Below, piece by piece: positions 8,942-17,456 of a stretch of 64,000 nt of DNA (the first letter of the stretch is position 1; each line of letters begins with the position of its first letter). Origin of the DNA: Gammaproteobacteria bacterium (GTDB lineage: Bacteria; Pseudomonadota; Gammaproteobacteria; Eutrophobiales; Eutrophobiaceae). The position numbers were made by a program, and so were the translations under genes. The notes below the pieces were generated by a model that was given only the letters and a program-made list of their open reading frames with translations, had not been told where the DNA came from and made no database searches. The stretch spans positions 3,200,001-3,264,000 of the forward strand of contig OZ220696.1 of assembly GCA_965116495.1 (NCBI GenBank), in the 5' to 3' direction.

Positions 8942-10467
8942 GTTTTATTACCCGTTTCATGGCCCGCCTCTGGCTGGCCGACAGTAGGTCGTACGTTATG
9001 ATTCAGCCTGAACAGGTTGGTCGGGTCGTACTTGTTTTTCAGTTCGACCATGCGGTCATGGTTGCCCAGGTAGTTGGATTGCGCCTTGCTCGGGGTTACC
9101 GCGAACTCGTCATTGCTGTAGAAGCCGTAGGTGAACTGCTCGATGCTTTTCCAGTAATCTCGCGCCCACTGTACATGGGGCGCCGTGTCGGTCCCGGACA
9201 CCCATACCGCGGCCGTTGTCAGGTTATGGGTCGGGTAGCGATGGGGAAACGCGGTTGCATCGGGGGCGATGCGGCTGATTTCCCCTCCTGCCTGCTGGGT
9301 GAAAGCCATGCCGCCGCGTTCCTGGTTTGACTCCAGGTTGTCCACCAGCGCATCGACGAGATCCGTGGAGATCTCCGTGACAAAGCCGCTCTTCAGGTAC
9401 TGGCCGGTCCCGCGCGGGTCGGTATCATCACTGTCCCGCTGCAAGGCAACATAATCCATCGCCCTGATCTCATCCCGCAACGGTTTCGCGGCGCGCCGCA
9501 GGGGTTCGAGGACGCGCTCCGCGTCCTTGTGCGGGCCGGAATAACACACGTTGAAATAAACCCTGTGCTCCAGGCCGGCAGGCGGCGCGAAGATAACGAT
9601 GTCGGCGTACATGTCGTCGGGCATGTCGTGGCAGTAATCGGCATAGAAGTTCAGGAGGTTTTTGGCTTGTGAATACGGAAAGAAAATTTCGCCGCCTATC
9701 ACCTGGTGTTCCATGGGATGAAGCTGGAACTCGAAGGAGGTGACCACGCCGAAATTGCCGCCGCCACCGCGTACGCCCCAGTACAGATCCTGGTTTTCCT
9801 CGGCGCTGGCGCGCAGGAAGCGGCCGTCAGCGGTGATGATATCCACTGACCTGACGTTGTCCGAAGCCAGGCCGTAGCGGCGCGACAGCCGCCCAAATCC
9901 GCCGCCCAGCGTGAGACCGCCGACCCCCGTGTGGGATACCGTCCCTGAGCTTGTAACCAGCCCGAAGGCCTGGGGTTCCTCGTCTAGGGCTGCCAGCAGC
10001 GAGCCCCCGGCGACACGGGCGGTGCGGGCTACGGGGTCAACCCGGACGCCTTGCAGCGGCGACAGGTCGATCATGATGCCGCCGTCACAACTGCCTTTGC
10101 CGGCAACATTGTGGCCGCCGCACTTGACTGCCGTCAGCAGGTTATAGTGGCGGGCAAACTGCACCGCTTCACGCACGTCTCCAGCGCCGGTGCACTGGGC
10201 AATAAGGGCGGGGCGTTTGTCGATCATGCGGTTGCGCAGCTGGCGGGCCTCGTCGTAACCTTCGCTGTCGGGCAACAACAGTCTCCCCCGCAGGCTGTTG
10301 CGCAGTTCTTCAACCGCGGCCCTTTCCACGGATACCGAATCACCAGGACCGGTTACGGCATTGATCTCCGCCGCAAGCGGATTATCAGTTGCATAACCAT
10401 GCCAGGCCGGAAATGCAGCCGCCGTTGCGGCGCTCAGGGCCGATTTGCAGAATGTTCTTCGATCCAT
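8938..10467 (-). CDS. Tat-exported FAD-linked oxidase (berberine bridge enzyme / VAO family)
   Basis: MDRRTFCKS twin-arginine leader, KCGGHN flavinylation His, GLTLGGGFG, RGGGGNFGVVT, LKNKYDPTNLFR BBE tail. Confidence 0.93.
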   Translation of the reverse strand: MDRRTFCKSALSAATAAAFPAWHGYATDNPLAAEINAVTGPGDSVSVERAAVEELRNSLRGRLLLPDSEGYDEARQLRNRMIDKRPALIAQCTGAGDVREAVQFARHYNLLTAVKCGGHNVAGKGSCDGGIMIDLSPLQGVRVDPVARTARVAGGSLLAALDEEPQAFGLVTSSGTVSHTGVGGLTLGGGFGRLSRRYGLASDNVRSVDIITADGRFLRASAEENQDLYWGVRGGGGNFGVVTSFEFQLHPMEHQVIGGEIFFPYSQAKNLLNFYADYCHDMPDDMYADIVIFAPPAGLEHRVYFNVCYSGPHKDAERVLEPLRRAAKPLRDEIRAMDYVALQRDSDDTDPRGTGQYLKSGFVTEISTDLVDALVDNLESNQERGGMAFTQQAGGEISRIAPDATAFPHRYPTHNLTTAAVWVSGTDTAPHVQWARDYWKSIEQFTYGFYSNDEFAVTPSKAQSNYLGNHDRMVELKNKYDPTNLFRLNHNVRPTVGQPEAGHETGNKT

Positions 10468-10613
10468 AGGTTCCTCACCACGGTGGAATCAGCAGCGTCA
10501 GGCCCCGCATACCCTGGCGGAGACAGGATATGCTGCGAGCAAACCCGCTGCATGCGATGTGTTAGACTGCGTTGAAAGTGACGATAAATGAGTTGTTGCC
10601 GAAAGTCAAATTA

Positions 10614-10648
10614 TACATATATCAGAATAAATTGTTCATATACAAGAA
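10614..10648. promoter_or_regulatory. Paired T(T/A)CATAT-N4-GAA boxes (candidate IclR-type operator)
   Basis: TACATAT-ATCA-GAA at 10614 and TTCATAT-ACAA-GAA at 10635, 21 bp apart. Same arrangement at 26052 and 33708. Confidence 0.55.
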
Positions 10649-10668
10649 ATATTGTTAGACTGTCAGGA

Positions 10669-11709
10669 ATGGATCCAGACCTGTCATACCCCTTCAGCGA
10701 CAAACCGCAACCTGGCGATCTGGTAGCCGTCGCGCCCGGTATTTTCTGGTTACGGATGCCGTTGCCTATCAACCTGAATCATATCAACCTGTGGTTGCTG
10801 GAAGATGAAGAGGGCTGGACCATCGTTGATACCGGTATCGCCGATGATAAAACCCGCGATCTCTGGGAGCATATTTTCGCACGGCATTTGAACGGCAAAC
10901 CTGTCACACGTCTGGTCGTGACACATATGCACACGGACCATGTAGGTCTGGCAGGATGGCTGGCCAAACGCTGGAACGTGGATTTGTGGATGACGAGCCT
11001 GGAATATTTCACCTGCCGCGTGCTGGTCGAGGACACTGGTAAAGAGGCCCCGGAAGAAGGTTTGCGGTTTTATTCCGAAGCAGGCTTTGACGATGAAGCC
11101 CTGGATATTTACCGCAGCCGGTTCGGTATGTTCGGCTCATTTATCGGCGCCCTTCCCCAGGCATTCAGGCGCTTGGCCGGTGGTGACCAATTGAGTATGG
11201 CCGGACAGGAATGGCAGGTGATAATAGGGCGCGGTCATTCACCGGAACATGCGTGCCTGTTCTGTCCCGCGCTCAACCTGCTCATCGGCGGCGACCAGAT
11301 CCTGCCCAGAATTTCCTCCAACGTGAGCGTCCGGCCAACTGAACCCGCGGCAAACCCGTTACAGGAATGGCTGGACAGCCTCAGGGAAATGCAAAGGCAT
11401 CTGCCGGCTGACGTGCTGGTCCTACCCTCCCACGGCTACCCGTTCCATGGCGCTCACCAGCGCCTGCAACAGTTGATTGACGGGCATGAAAGCGCTTTGA
11501 CGAAGCTCTACGAACTATGCCGGGAACCGCAACGCGCGGTCGATACATTTCCTGTCTTATTCAAACGGACCGTTGACAAGCGCAGCCTGATCATAGCAAC
11601 CGGAGAGAGTCTGGCCCACCTGAATTACTTGCTTGAGCAGGGACAGCTGCGCGTGTTCCGTGACGAGGATGGTGTTAAGCACTATGTAAGAAAAGAGCGG
11701 GCGGATTAG
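10669..11709 (+). CDS. MBL-fold metallo-hydrolase
   Basis: THMHTDHVG (HxHxDH), GHSPEH, GGDQILP, PSHG. ATG at 10669 preferred. Confidence 0.92.
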   Translation: MDPDLSYPFSDKPQPGDLVAVAPGIFWLRMPLPINLNHINLWLLEDEEGWTIVDTGIADDKTRDLWEHIFARHLNGKPVTRLVVTHMHTDHVGLAGWLAKRWNVDLWMTSLEYFTCRVLVEDTGKEAPEEGLRFYSEAGFDDEALDIYRSRFGMFGSFIGALPQAFRRLAGGDQLSMAGQEWQVIIGRGHSPEHACLFCPALNLLIGGDQILPRISSNVSVRPTEPAANPLQEWLDSLREMQRHLPADVLVLPSHGYPFHGAHQRLQQLIDGHESALTKLYELCREPQRAVDTFPVLFKRTVDKRSLIIATGESLAHLNYLLEQGQLRVFRDEDGVKHYVRKERAD

Positions 11710-11758
11710 AGAAAAGAGGGGACGGATTTATACATAACGACATAAATCGTGCCACGTT

Positions 11759-11946
11759 CGTCATTCCTGCGAATGCAGGAATCCAGTAGACAATCAAACT
11801 CCTTATAAAGAATGTTTTTTCACTGGATTCCTGCATTCGCAGGAATGACGGGGTTGTCCCCGTGTCAAGCACGGGGTAGGCTCTGCGGAGATTGCCTAAT
11901 TCCTGCATTCGCAGGTACGCCTGCCCCGGCATGTCGTTAGCCGGGG
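11759..11946. repeat. REP-like palindromic element cluster between convergent genes
   Basis: Perfect 29-bp inverted repeat CGTCATTCCTGCGAATGCAGGAATCCAGT (11759-11787 / 11822-11850), third partial copy near 11899, plus CCCCGTG-TCAAG-CACGGGG and CCCCGGC...GCCGGGG hairpins. Confidence 0.85.
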
Positions 11947-11994
11947 ACGAACAAGATTCTTTGCCCGTTTGCACAGGATTTTACTCGTAAGGGA

Positions 11995-12912
11995 CTAATT
12001 CTGACGCACCATATTGCGTAGCACCGAGCAGACGGCGGCCGTGTCCTGGTGGCCGCGGCCGTCCGCTACCGCGCTTTGGTAGAGGTTGGCGCTGGCGGAA
12101 AACAGCGGTGTGGTAACGCCGTACCGTTCAGCAAACTCGCTGATCAGGTCCAGGTCCTTCTGCCAGACATCCAGTTTCATCGTTGCCGGCTCATATTCAT
12201 CGCGCACCATCATCGGACTGCGTACCTCGAATACGCGCGAGGTACCGCCGCCGCTCGCTATCACTTCGCACAGCTTGTCCAGGTCCATGCCGCAACGCTC
12301 ACCCAGCAACACGGCTTCCGCTGCTGCCACGTTGTGGATGGCGACCAGCAGGTTGGAGATGAGTTTTGCCCTGGTGCCGTTGCCGAACTCGCCAAGAAAA
12401 TGGGAGGCCCGGCTGAAACCGGCGAACACAGGTTCACATTTCTTCCAGCTTGCCGGGTCGCCGCTGGCGTAAACGGCGATGTCAGCGTTGGCGGCCATTG
12501 CCCCGGTGCCGCTGATGGGGCAATCGAGCAAGGGAATACCCGCGGCAGCCAGCCGGTCTCGGTTAGCGGATTTGCATTCCAGCGACAGTGTACTCAGCTC
12601 GGCCATTATGAGCCCATCCAGCCGGCCTGACCCCATACCGGTAATCTCGGTGACGTTGTCGTCAAGCGCCTGGGCGTGCGGCAGGCTCGTCAGCAGCAGG
12701 TCTGTCTCCATGGCAACGCCGGCCGGAGAAGCGACGATAGATACTCCCGTGGCCCCGGCTTTCCGGCATTGTGCGGGGTCCGGATCGAAGCCGATCACCC
12801 GGTATCCGGCCTTGACCAGGTTGCGGGCGAATGATGAGCCCATGATCCCCAGTCCGAGAATCCCGACAGCGGCCGGCCAACCACCGCCTTGTTCAGTCTG
12901 TCGGGTCATCAT
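11995..12912 (-). CDS. Beta-hydroxyacid dehydrogenase (3-hydroxyisobutyrate dehydrogenase family)
   Basis: GILGLGIMG, LDCPISG, AKLISN catalytic Lys, WQKDL. Confidence 0.92.
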   Translation of the reverse strand: MMTRQTEQGGGWPAAVGILGLGIMGSSFARNLVKAGYRVIGFDPDPAQCRKAGATGVSIVASPAGVAMETDLLLTSLPHAQALDDNVTEITGMGSGRLDGLIMAELSTLSLECKSANRDRLAAAGIPLLDCPISGTGAMAANADIAVYASGDPASWKKCEPVFAGFSRASHFLGEFGNGTRAKLISNLLVAIHNVAAAEAVLLGERCGMDLDKLCEVIASGGGTSRVFEVRSPMMVRDEYEPATMKLDVWQKDLDLISEFAERYGVTTPLFSASANLYQSAVADGRGHQDTAAVCSVLRNMVRQN

Positions 12913-13555
12913 TCATGATCTGGGTTTTCAGACCTTTGAGCATAGTGGTCACGTTTTGTGAGACTACGGCAGAAAAATCCTCGTGGACTTCGCTGTGATA
13001 AATGTGTTTGCGCACGGCGTAGTAGAACAGGCCGCCATGCAGCACCCAGATCCGTTCCAACTCCAGTTCCGTGACAGGTTTTTCCTGTGTGGAAGGCAAA
13101 TCGCAGTAGTGACGCAGTTCTTCGCAAATTGGTTTCAAAATTTTGTTTTCCACGACCTGGATATAACGCCGGTTGAGGCCCTCGCCTCTGAGTCCTGAAA
13201 ACATATAAATCCGAATCCATTCGTAGCGGTAGGTGGCCTCGGAATATTTTCGGTAAAACTCGCACAGGCGGTCGTGCAGCGGCATGGAACGGTCCCGTAT
13301 CAACGCGTACCAGGATGGGTCGATACGGTTGATATAGACCTCGTTGAAGACCCGTTCTATCAGGTCCTGCTTGGTGGGGAAGTACTTGTACAGCAGCGGT
13401 TGGGTAATACCCAGCCGTTGCGCCAGTTCCCGCGTCTGCCCGGAAAAACCCACTTCGGCGAAAAAACGGATTGCCTCCCGGACGATTTGCTGTTCGCGGT
13501 CGCGCGCCGGAAGCCGGCGGCGGTTTGTGTTTGTCTCTTTCAGGTTGGTTTTCAT
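12893..13555 (-). CDS. TetR/AcrR family transcriptional regulator
   Basis: FFAEVGF...RELAQRLGITQPLLYKYFPTK HTH. ATG at 13555. Confidence 0.92.
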   Translation of the reverse strand: MKTNLKETNTNRRRLPARDREQQIVREAIRFFAEVGFSGQTRELAQRLGITQPLLYKYFPTKQDLIERVFNEVYINRIDPSWYALIRDRSMPLHDRLCEFYRKYSEATYRYEWIRIYMFSGLRGEGLNRRYIQVVENKILKPICEELRHYCDLPSTQEKPVTELELERIWVLHGGLFYYAVRKHIYHSEVHEDFSAVVSQNVTTMLKGLKTQIMNDDPTD

Positions 13556-13571
13556 GGGTTTGTTTCCGTGT

Positions 13572-14834
13572 TTACTGCATCCAGCGTACCACACCGGCAA
13601 TACCGTCGACGGCGACCATCGACCCTTCCGGAATCTGCCCGGTCGCATCGAGTACGCCGAGGACCATGGGTATGCCTCTTTCCCGGGCCAGTGAAGCAAA
13701 ATGGGAGGTACTCCCGCCCAGTTCCGTCACCACGCCGGACACGCTGGGCAGCACGCGGCTCAGCGCAGGTCCGGCCACCCTGGTGACCAGGATATCACCC
13801 GGAGCTACCCGCGACAGTTCGCATTCACAGTTTACGACGCAGGCGCGGCCGCTACCCCAGCCGACACCGGCCGGATGGCCGTTGAGACGGGGGTGGCGCA
13901 GCCAGATCTCATCGGGAACCGTGGCTTCGGCAACCTGCAACGGGCGCGCCTGCAGCAGTTTGAATCCCCGGTCGTCCAGCGCCCACTCAATTTCAGCCGG
14001 CCCGCCGGTAATTTCTTCAGCGTGCAGCAGCAACCGGCCGAGTTCGACTGCCTGATCATTACTCAGGCAGCGGGTCTCCACCAGGTCCGGCTCGACGCGG
14101 CTGGCGCCATGGGCGCAGTTCACCGCATGGAATTTGCGTCCCGACCTGGCTTCACGCAATTTGCCGTCACGGCCCAGCAGGTACCTGTCCGGGACGACCT
14201 CACCCTGGGCGATGGCGGAACCCAGGCCCCAGGTAGCGCTCAGCAGCATCTCTCCCTCCGAGGTGCGGCTCAGGCCGCCGCCGCTGGCGCGCGCCACCAC
14301 CAGGGGTTGGATGATCAACGCCATTGCTGTCCCGGCCGGGTCGATATCGTGTCCGGCCATGTAGCGCAAGGCCCGGGTTGACCACAGCGCCGACCAGCAG
14401 GCCCGCACCGCGGTGAAAAAATCCTCTTTTTGCTCGATTCCGAGGAAGCTCTCAAACTGGCCGGCAAAATTCGACCCGCCGCGATCTTCCACCAGCGCCG
14501 AGGAGCGCACCGCGCTGCTCGTCTCCCTGAACTGATCCCAGGCTGCGGCTATGGCAGTTTCAACATTTTTGTCCAGACCCTCGTTCATCAACGCGAGTTT
14601 TATCCGGAGTGCGCTGCGCCGCGCGGTCATGTCATCCCCGGCAAACACGGCGCGGGCAACATCGGTTAACCCCAGCCGGTCCAGTTGTGCGCGGTAGGCG
14701 CCGGCATCCAGGGCATAGCCGCCCGGTGTCGGTAACCCGCGCCTGCCGAGCCGCGCCAGGTTTGCGGCCTTGGGGCCGAAGCGGGCCGGGTCGGCGGCTT
14801 CGTCTGAATCCAGTGGAACGAGGAATTCCGTCAT
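13572..14834 (-). CDS. PEP-synthase/PPDK-like protein with only the ATP-grasp and phospho-His swivel domains (420 aa)
   Basis: GPKAANL, AVRSSALVED..NFAGQFES, IEWA...LQARP, then GGSTSHFASLARERGIP and stop. ATG at 14834 overlaps the upstream stop (ATGA). Confidence 0.9.
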   Translation of the reverse strand: MTEFLVPLDSDEAADPARFGPKAANLARLGRRGLPTPGGYALDAGAYRAQLDRLGLTDVARAVFAGDDMTARRSALRIKLALMNEGLDKNVETAIAAAWDQFRETSSAVRSSALVEDRGGSNFAGQFESFLGIEQKEDFFTAVRACWSALWSTRALRYMAGHDIDPAGTAMALIIQPLVVARASGGGLSRTSEGEMLLSATWGLGSAIAQGEVVPDRYLLGRDGKLREARSGRKFHAVNCAHGASRVEPDLVETRCLSNDQAVELGRLLLHAEEITGGPAEIEWALDDRGFKLLQARPLQVAEATVPDEIWLRHPRLNGHPAGVGWGSGRACVVNCECELSRVAPGDILVTRVAGPALSRVLPSVSGVVTELGGSTSHFASLARERGIPMVLGVLDATGQIPEGSMVAVDGIAGVVRWMQ

Positions 14835-15877
14835 GACGCGTCGATCACTATTCTGAGGATGCTGCCGGGATTTTGTTCGAATTCGACAAATGCCCGGGGA
14901 GCAGCCTGCAGCGGGTAGGTTGTGGATACGAAGCCGGACACGTTCACCTTGCCCGAGGCAACCAGGTCGATGGACGGCGCCATGTCTTCCGGCAGCAACG
15001 CCCGTGAACCGATAATGCTGACTTCCTTGAAATAAAGCGGGAAACTGGTGAAATTGGTGATGTTGCTGTGACTGACCGCGAACGCGGATAAACGCCCGCC
15101 CGGGCGCAACATATCGATAGCTGCGGCGAGGATGCCGGCGCTTCCGGCCGTATCCACGACTACGTCTGCACCCTGTCCATTTGTCAAACGTCCGACTTCT
15201 CCCACTGCCTGTTCGGCACTGTCTTTGACGCAGTGGTGCGCGCCCATCGCGGCCGCCATGTCCAGTTTCCACGGAGTCCTGGAGACCGCGATGACCGGGT
15301 CGGCGCCGGACAGCACGGCCAGCCTGGTGTGCAGTAACCCGGTAACGCCCTGGCCCAGCACAACCACGGACTCGCCCGCCTGTATGGACACCCGGTTCTG
15401 CGCGTGACGCACCGTCGCCAGGGTTTCAATCAGGGTGGCTTCCGCGAGGGGCAGGTGGTCCGGCAACGGATGTACATAACGGGATGCCAGCCGTACGAAC
15501 TGGCTCAGGGAACCTTCTATTTCACGCCCGAACAGCCCCGCGTTGCGGCACAGGTTCTCCCTGCCGTGCAGGCACAGGTCACACTCTCCACAGGCAATGA
15601 TTGGGTTGATCAGCACCGGCTGCCCAGGTTTCAGCCCGTCGACCCCGGCGCCGGTTTCGGCTACCGTGCCCGTGGCCTCGTGTCCCATGACCACGGGGTA
15701 GTTCACCCCGGGGTGGCGGCCGGTATAGATCTCAAGATCGGTGCCGCACACCGCGGTGGCGGCGACGCGCACGACTACTTCACCCGCACCGGCGACCGGG
15801 ACGGGGCGGGCCTGGATCTCCAGGTGTCGCGGCGCCTGGAGTACGGCGGTTTGAGTCAGGGCTTCGGCCATAAACAA
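14831..15877 (-). CDS. Zinc-dependent alcohol dehydrogenase (MDR family)
   Basis: VCGTD, MGHE, CGECDLC...NLC structural zinc, VLGQGVTG. Confidence 0.93.
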   Translation of the reverse strand: MFMAEALTQTAVLQAPRHLEIQARPVPVAGAGEVVVRVAATAVCGTDLEIYTGRHPGVNYPVVMGHEATGTVAETGAGVDGLKPGQPVLINPIIACGECDLCLHGRENLCRNAGLFGREIEGSLSQFVRLASRYVHPLPDHLPLAEATLIETLATVRHAQNRVSIQAGESVVVLGQGVTGLLHTRLAVLSGADPVIAVSRTPWKLDMAAAMGAHHCVKDSAEQAVGEVGRLTNGQGADVVVDTAGSAGILAAAIDMLRPGGRLSAFAVSHSNITNFTSFPLYFKEVSIIGSRALLPEDMAPSIDLVASGKVNVSGFVSTTYPLQAAPRAFVEFEQNPGSILRIVIDAS

Positions 15878-15882
15878 ACGGA

Positions 15883-17151
15883 TCAGCGTTTAACCAGGGT
15901 TGAATATCCCGGTAACGGGTCGACAACGGTAATCTGCTCCACCGGGAAGTTGGAGATAATCTCGATGTCGTCGTCATGGACGATCAGCATTTCTTCGATA
16001 CGCACACCCCACTCGAACTTTTTGCCGTGCTGGGTCTCCAGCGCGAACACCATGCCGGCCTTGATTTCAACCGGGTGGTCCAGCGACCAGATACGCGAGA
16101 TTACGGGTTGGTCGTACTGGGCCAGGCCGAGCCCGTGGCCCCAGAGGTTTGCCGCGGCCTGGTCCTCTTCCTCGTAGCCCCACGCTTCCATGGCGGAGGG
16201 CCACTTGGAGGCGATCTCCCGCGTTGTGGTGCCGACCTTGACTGCCTTGATGGAGTCATACAGCCATTTCAAGGCGGTGGCATAGACGTCATTTTGCTCC
16301 TGGCTGGGTTCCCGGCCGACGCAATAAGTGCGGTAGTAACAGGATTTGTAGCCGTTCCAGGTCAGTGCGGCCAGGTCCATGAATACAATCTCTCCCGGTT
16401 TGATAATGCGGTCGGAGAAGTTGCGCCAGTTCGGCCAGGTGTTGGGCCCCGACGATACGATTACGTCCTCAACGTCTTCCATGCCGGGAATGCCGTACAG
16501 GAATTCCATCAGGTGGGCCGTCACGGCGTTTTCCGTCTTGCCCGGTTCCAGGAACTTCATACATTCCCAGTGGGCGGCATCGCCGATGGCGCCTACTATA
16601 CGCAGGCATTCCTGTTCATCGACGTTCTTGATGGCCCTGGCCTCCATCATCGGGGTCATGCCGTCGGTCCAGTCGATGCCGGCATCCTTGAACGCCTCGA
16701 TCATGTTGATGTCGACAAAGTCGACGCCGAGCTTGCCCCCTGCCACGTTACTCTTTTTCATTTCCTGGATGATGGCGTTGGTGAACTTCTTCACCTGCTG
16801 CGTGGACGCCTGTCCCGCGGCGCCCTTGATCCAGGCATAGGACCAGCGGATATTGTCTTTCGGCAGCCAGGGTGAATGGCGCTCTACCTGCATCCCCAGG
16901 TCGCCCTGCTCGAACAGCACCGGCGCGTCATCGCCGCACAGCATCGCGTAACGCAGTCCCGGTTTCAGCCGGTTCCAGCCGGGCGTCAGGGTGCTGGTGA
17001 CATAACGGACGTTCTCGTCGTACATGAGCAGCATGGCGCTCAGATCGTGGGCTTTCATCCGTTCCCGCGCCCGTTCCAGGCGATATGTGCGCAGCCTGTC
17101 CCAGTTGATGCGCTGCTGCCAGTCCAAACCTGTGATACCAAAATTAGCCAT
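15883..17151 (-). CDS. M24 (Xaa-Pro peptidase / creatinase fold) family hydrolase
   Basis: ARAIKN, D...GYKSCYYRT, GHGLG, FALET, GVRIEE. Confidence 0.9.
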   Translation of the reverse strand: MANFGITGLDWQQRINWDRLRTYRLERARERMKAHDLSAMLLMYDENVRYVTSTLTPGWNRLKPGLRYAMLCGDDAPVLFEQGDLGMQVERHSPWLPKDNIRWSYAWIKGAAGQASTQQVKKFTNAIIQEMKKSNVAGGKLGVDFVDINMIEAFKDAGIDWTDGMTPMMEARAIKNVDEQECLRIVGAIGDAAHWECMKFLEPGKTENAVTAHLMEFLYGIPGMEDVEDVIVSSGPNTWPNWRNFSDRIIKPGEIVFMDLAALTWNGYKSCYYRTYCVGREPSQEQNDVYATALKWLYDSIKAVKVGTTTREIASKWPSAMEAWGYEEEDQAAANLWGHGLGLAQYDQPVISRIWSLDHPVEIKAGMVFALETQHGKKFEWGVRIEEMLIVHDDDIEIISNFPVEQITVVDPLPGYSTLVKR

Positions 17152-17252
17152 ATACCTTCTCCTGTTCGTAAGTCCGCACCACTACGGCAAAGATAAACCT
17201 GTTGCCGTCAGTCCGTAATATGCACCGCGCAAGTTCCCAAACCCATAGGTCA

Positions 17253-17367
17253 GAAAATCGGGGTCAGGTCGCACAATGCACATGCCGGCAGGCAGGTATA
17301 TCACTGTGATAAACCACCGCATGTGCATTGTGCGACCTGACCCCGATTTTCGTGACCCCGATTTTCG
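17253..17367. repeat. 33-bp perfect inverted repeat (REP/MITE-like, GGGGTCAG class) with duplicated end
   Basis: GAAAATCGGGGTCAGGTCGCACAATGCACATGC at 17253-17285, inverted at 17319-17351, followed by a second TGACCCCGATTTTCG. Confidence 0.85.
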
Positions 17368-17387
17368 CATACAAGCGCCTAAACTCA

Positions 17388-17418
17388 TAGACAGTAAATT
17401 ATCACATGATAAACTAAT
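17388..17418 (+). promoter_or_regulatory. -35-like box plus TTATC-ACAT-GATAA palindrome (candidate TetR operator)
   Basis: TAGACA-GTAAA-TTATCACATGATAA in the divergent region of the operon that encodes the TetR. Confidence 0.6.
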
Positions 17419-17456
17419 CGTCCAAACAATCGTTACCTGAATCGGGGTGAAAAACA

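Noticed and set aside
13572-15272. 566-aa version of the PEP-utilising ORF, and a rifampin phosphotransferase or ppsA call
   Set aside because: The extra N-terminus overlaps the dehydrogenase in another frame. No rifampin-binding or pyruvate-binding domain is present.
15883-17151. DMSP lyase DddP or pepP assignment
   Set aside because: Only fold-level similarity. The SCYYRT motif differs and no acrylate-pathway context is visible.
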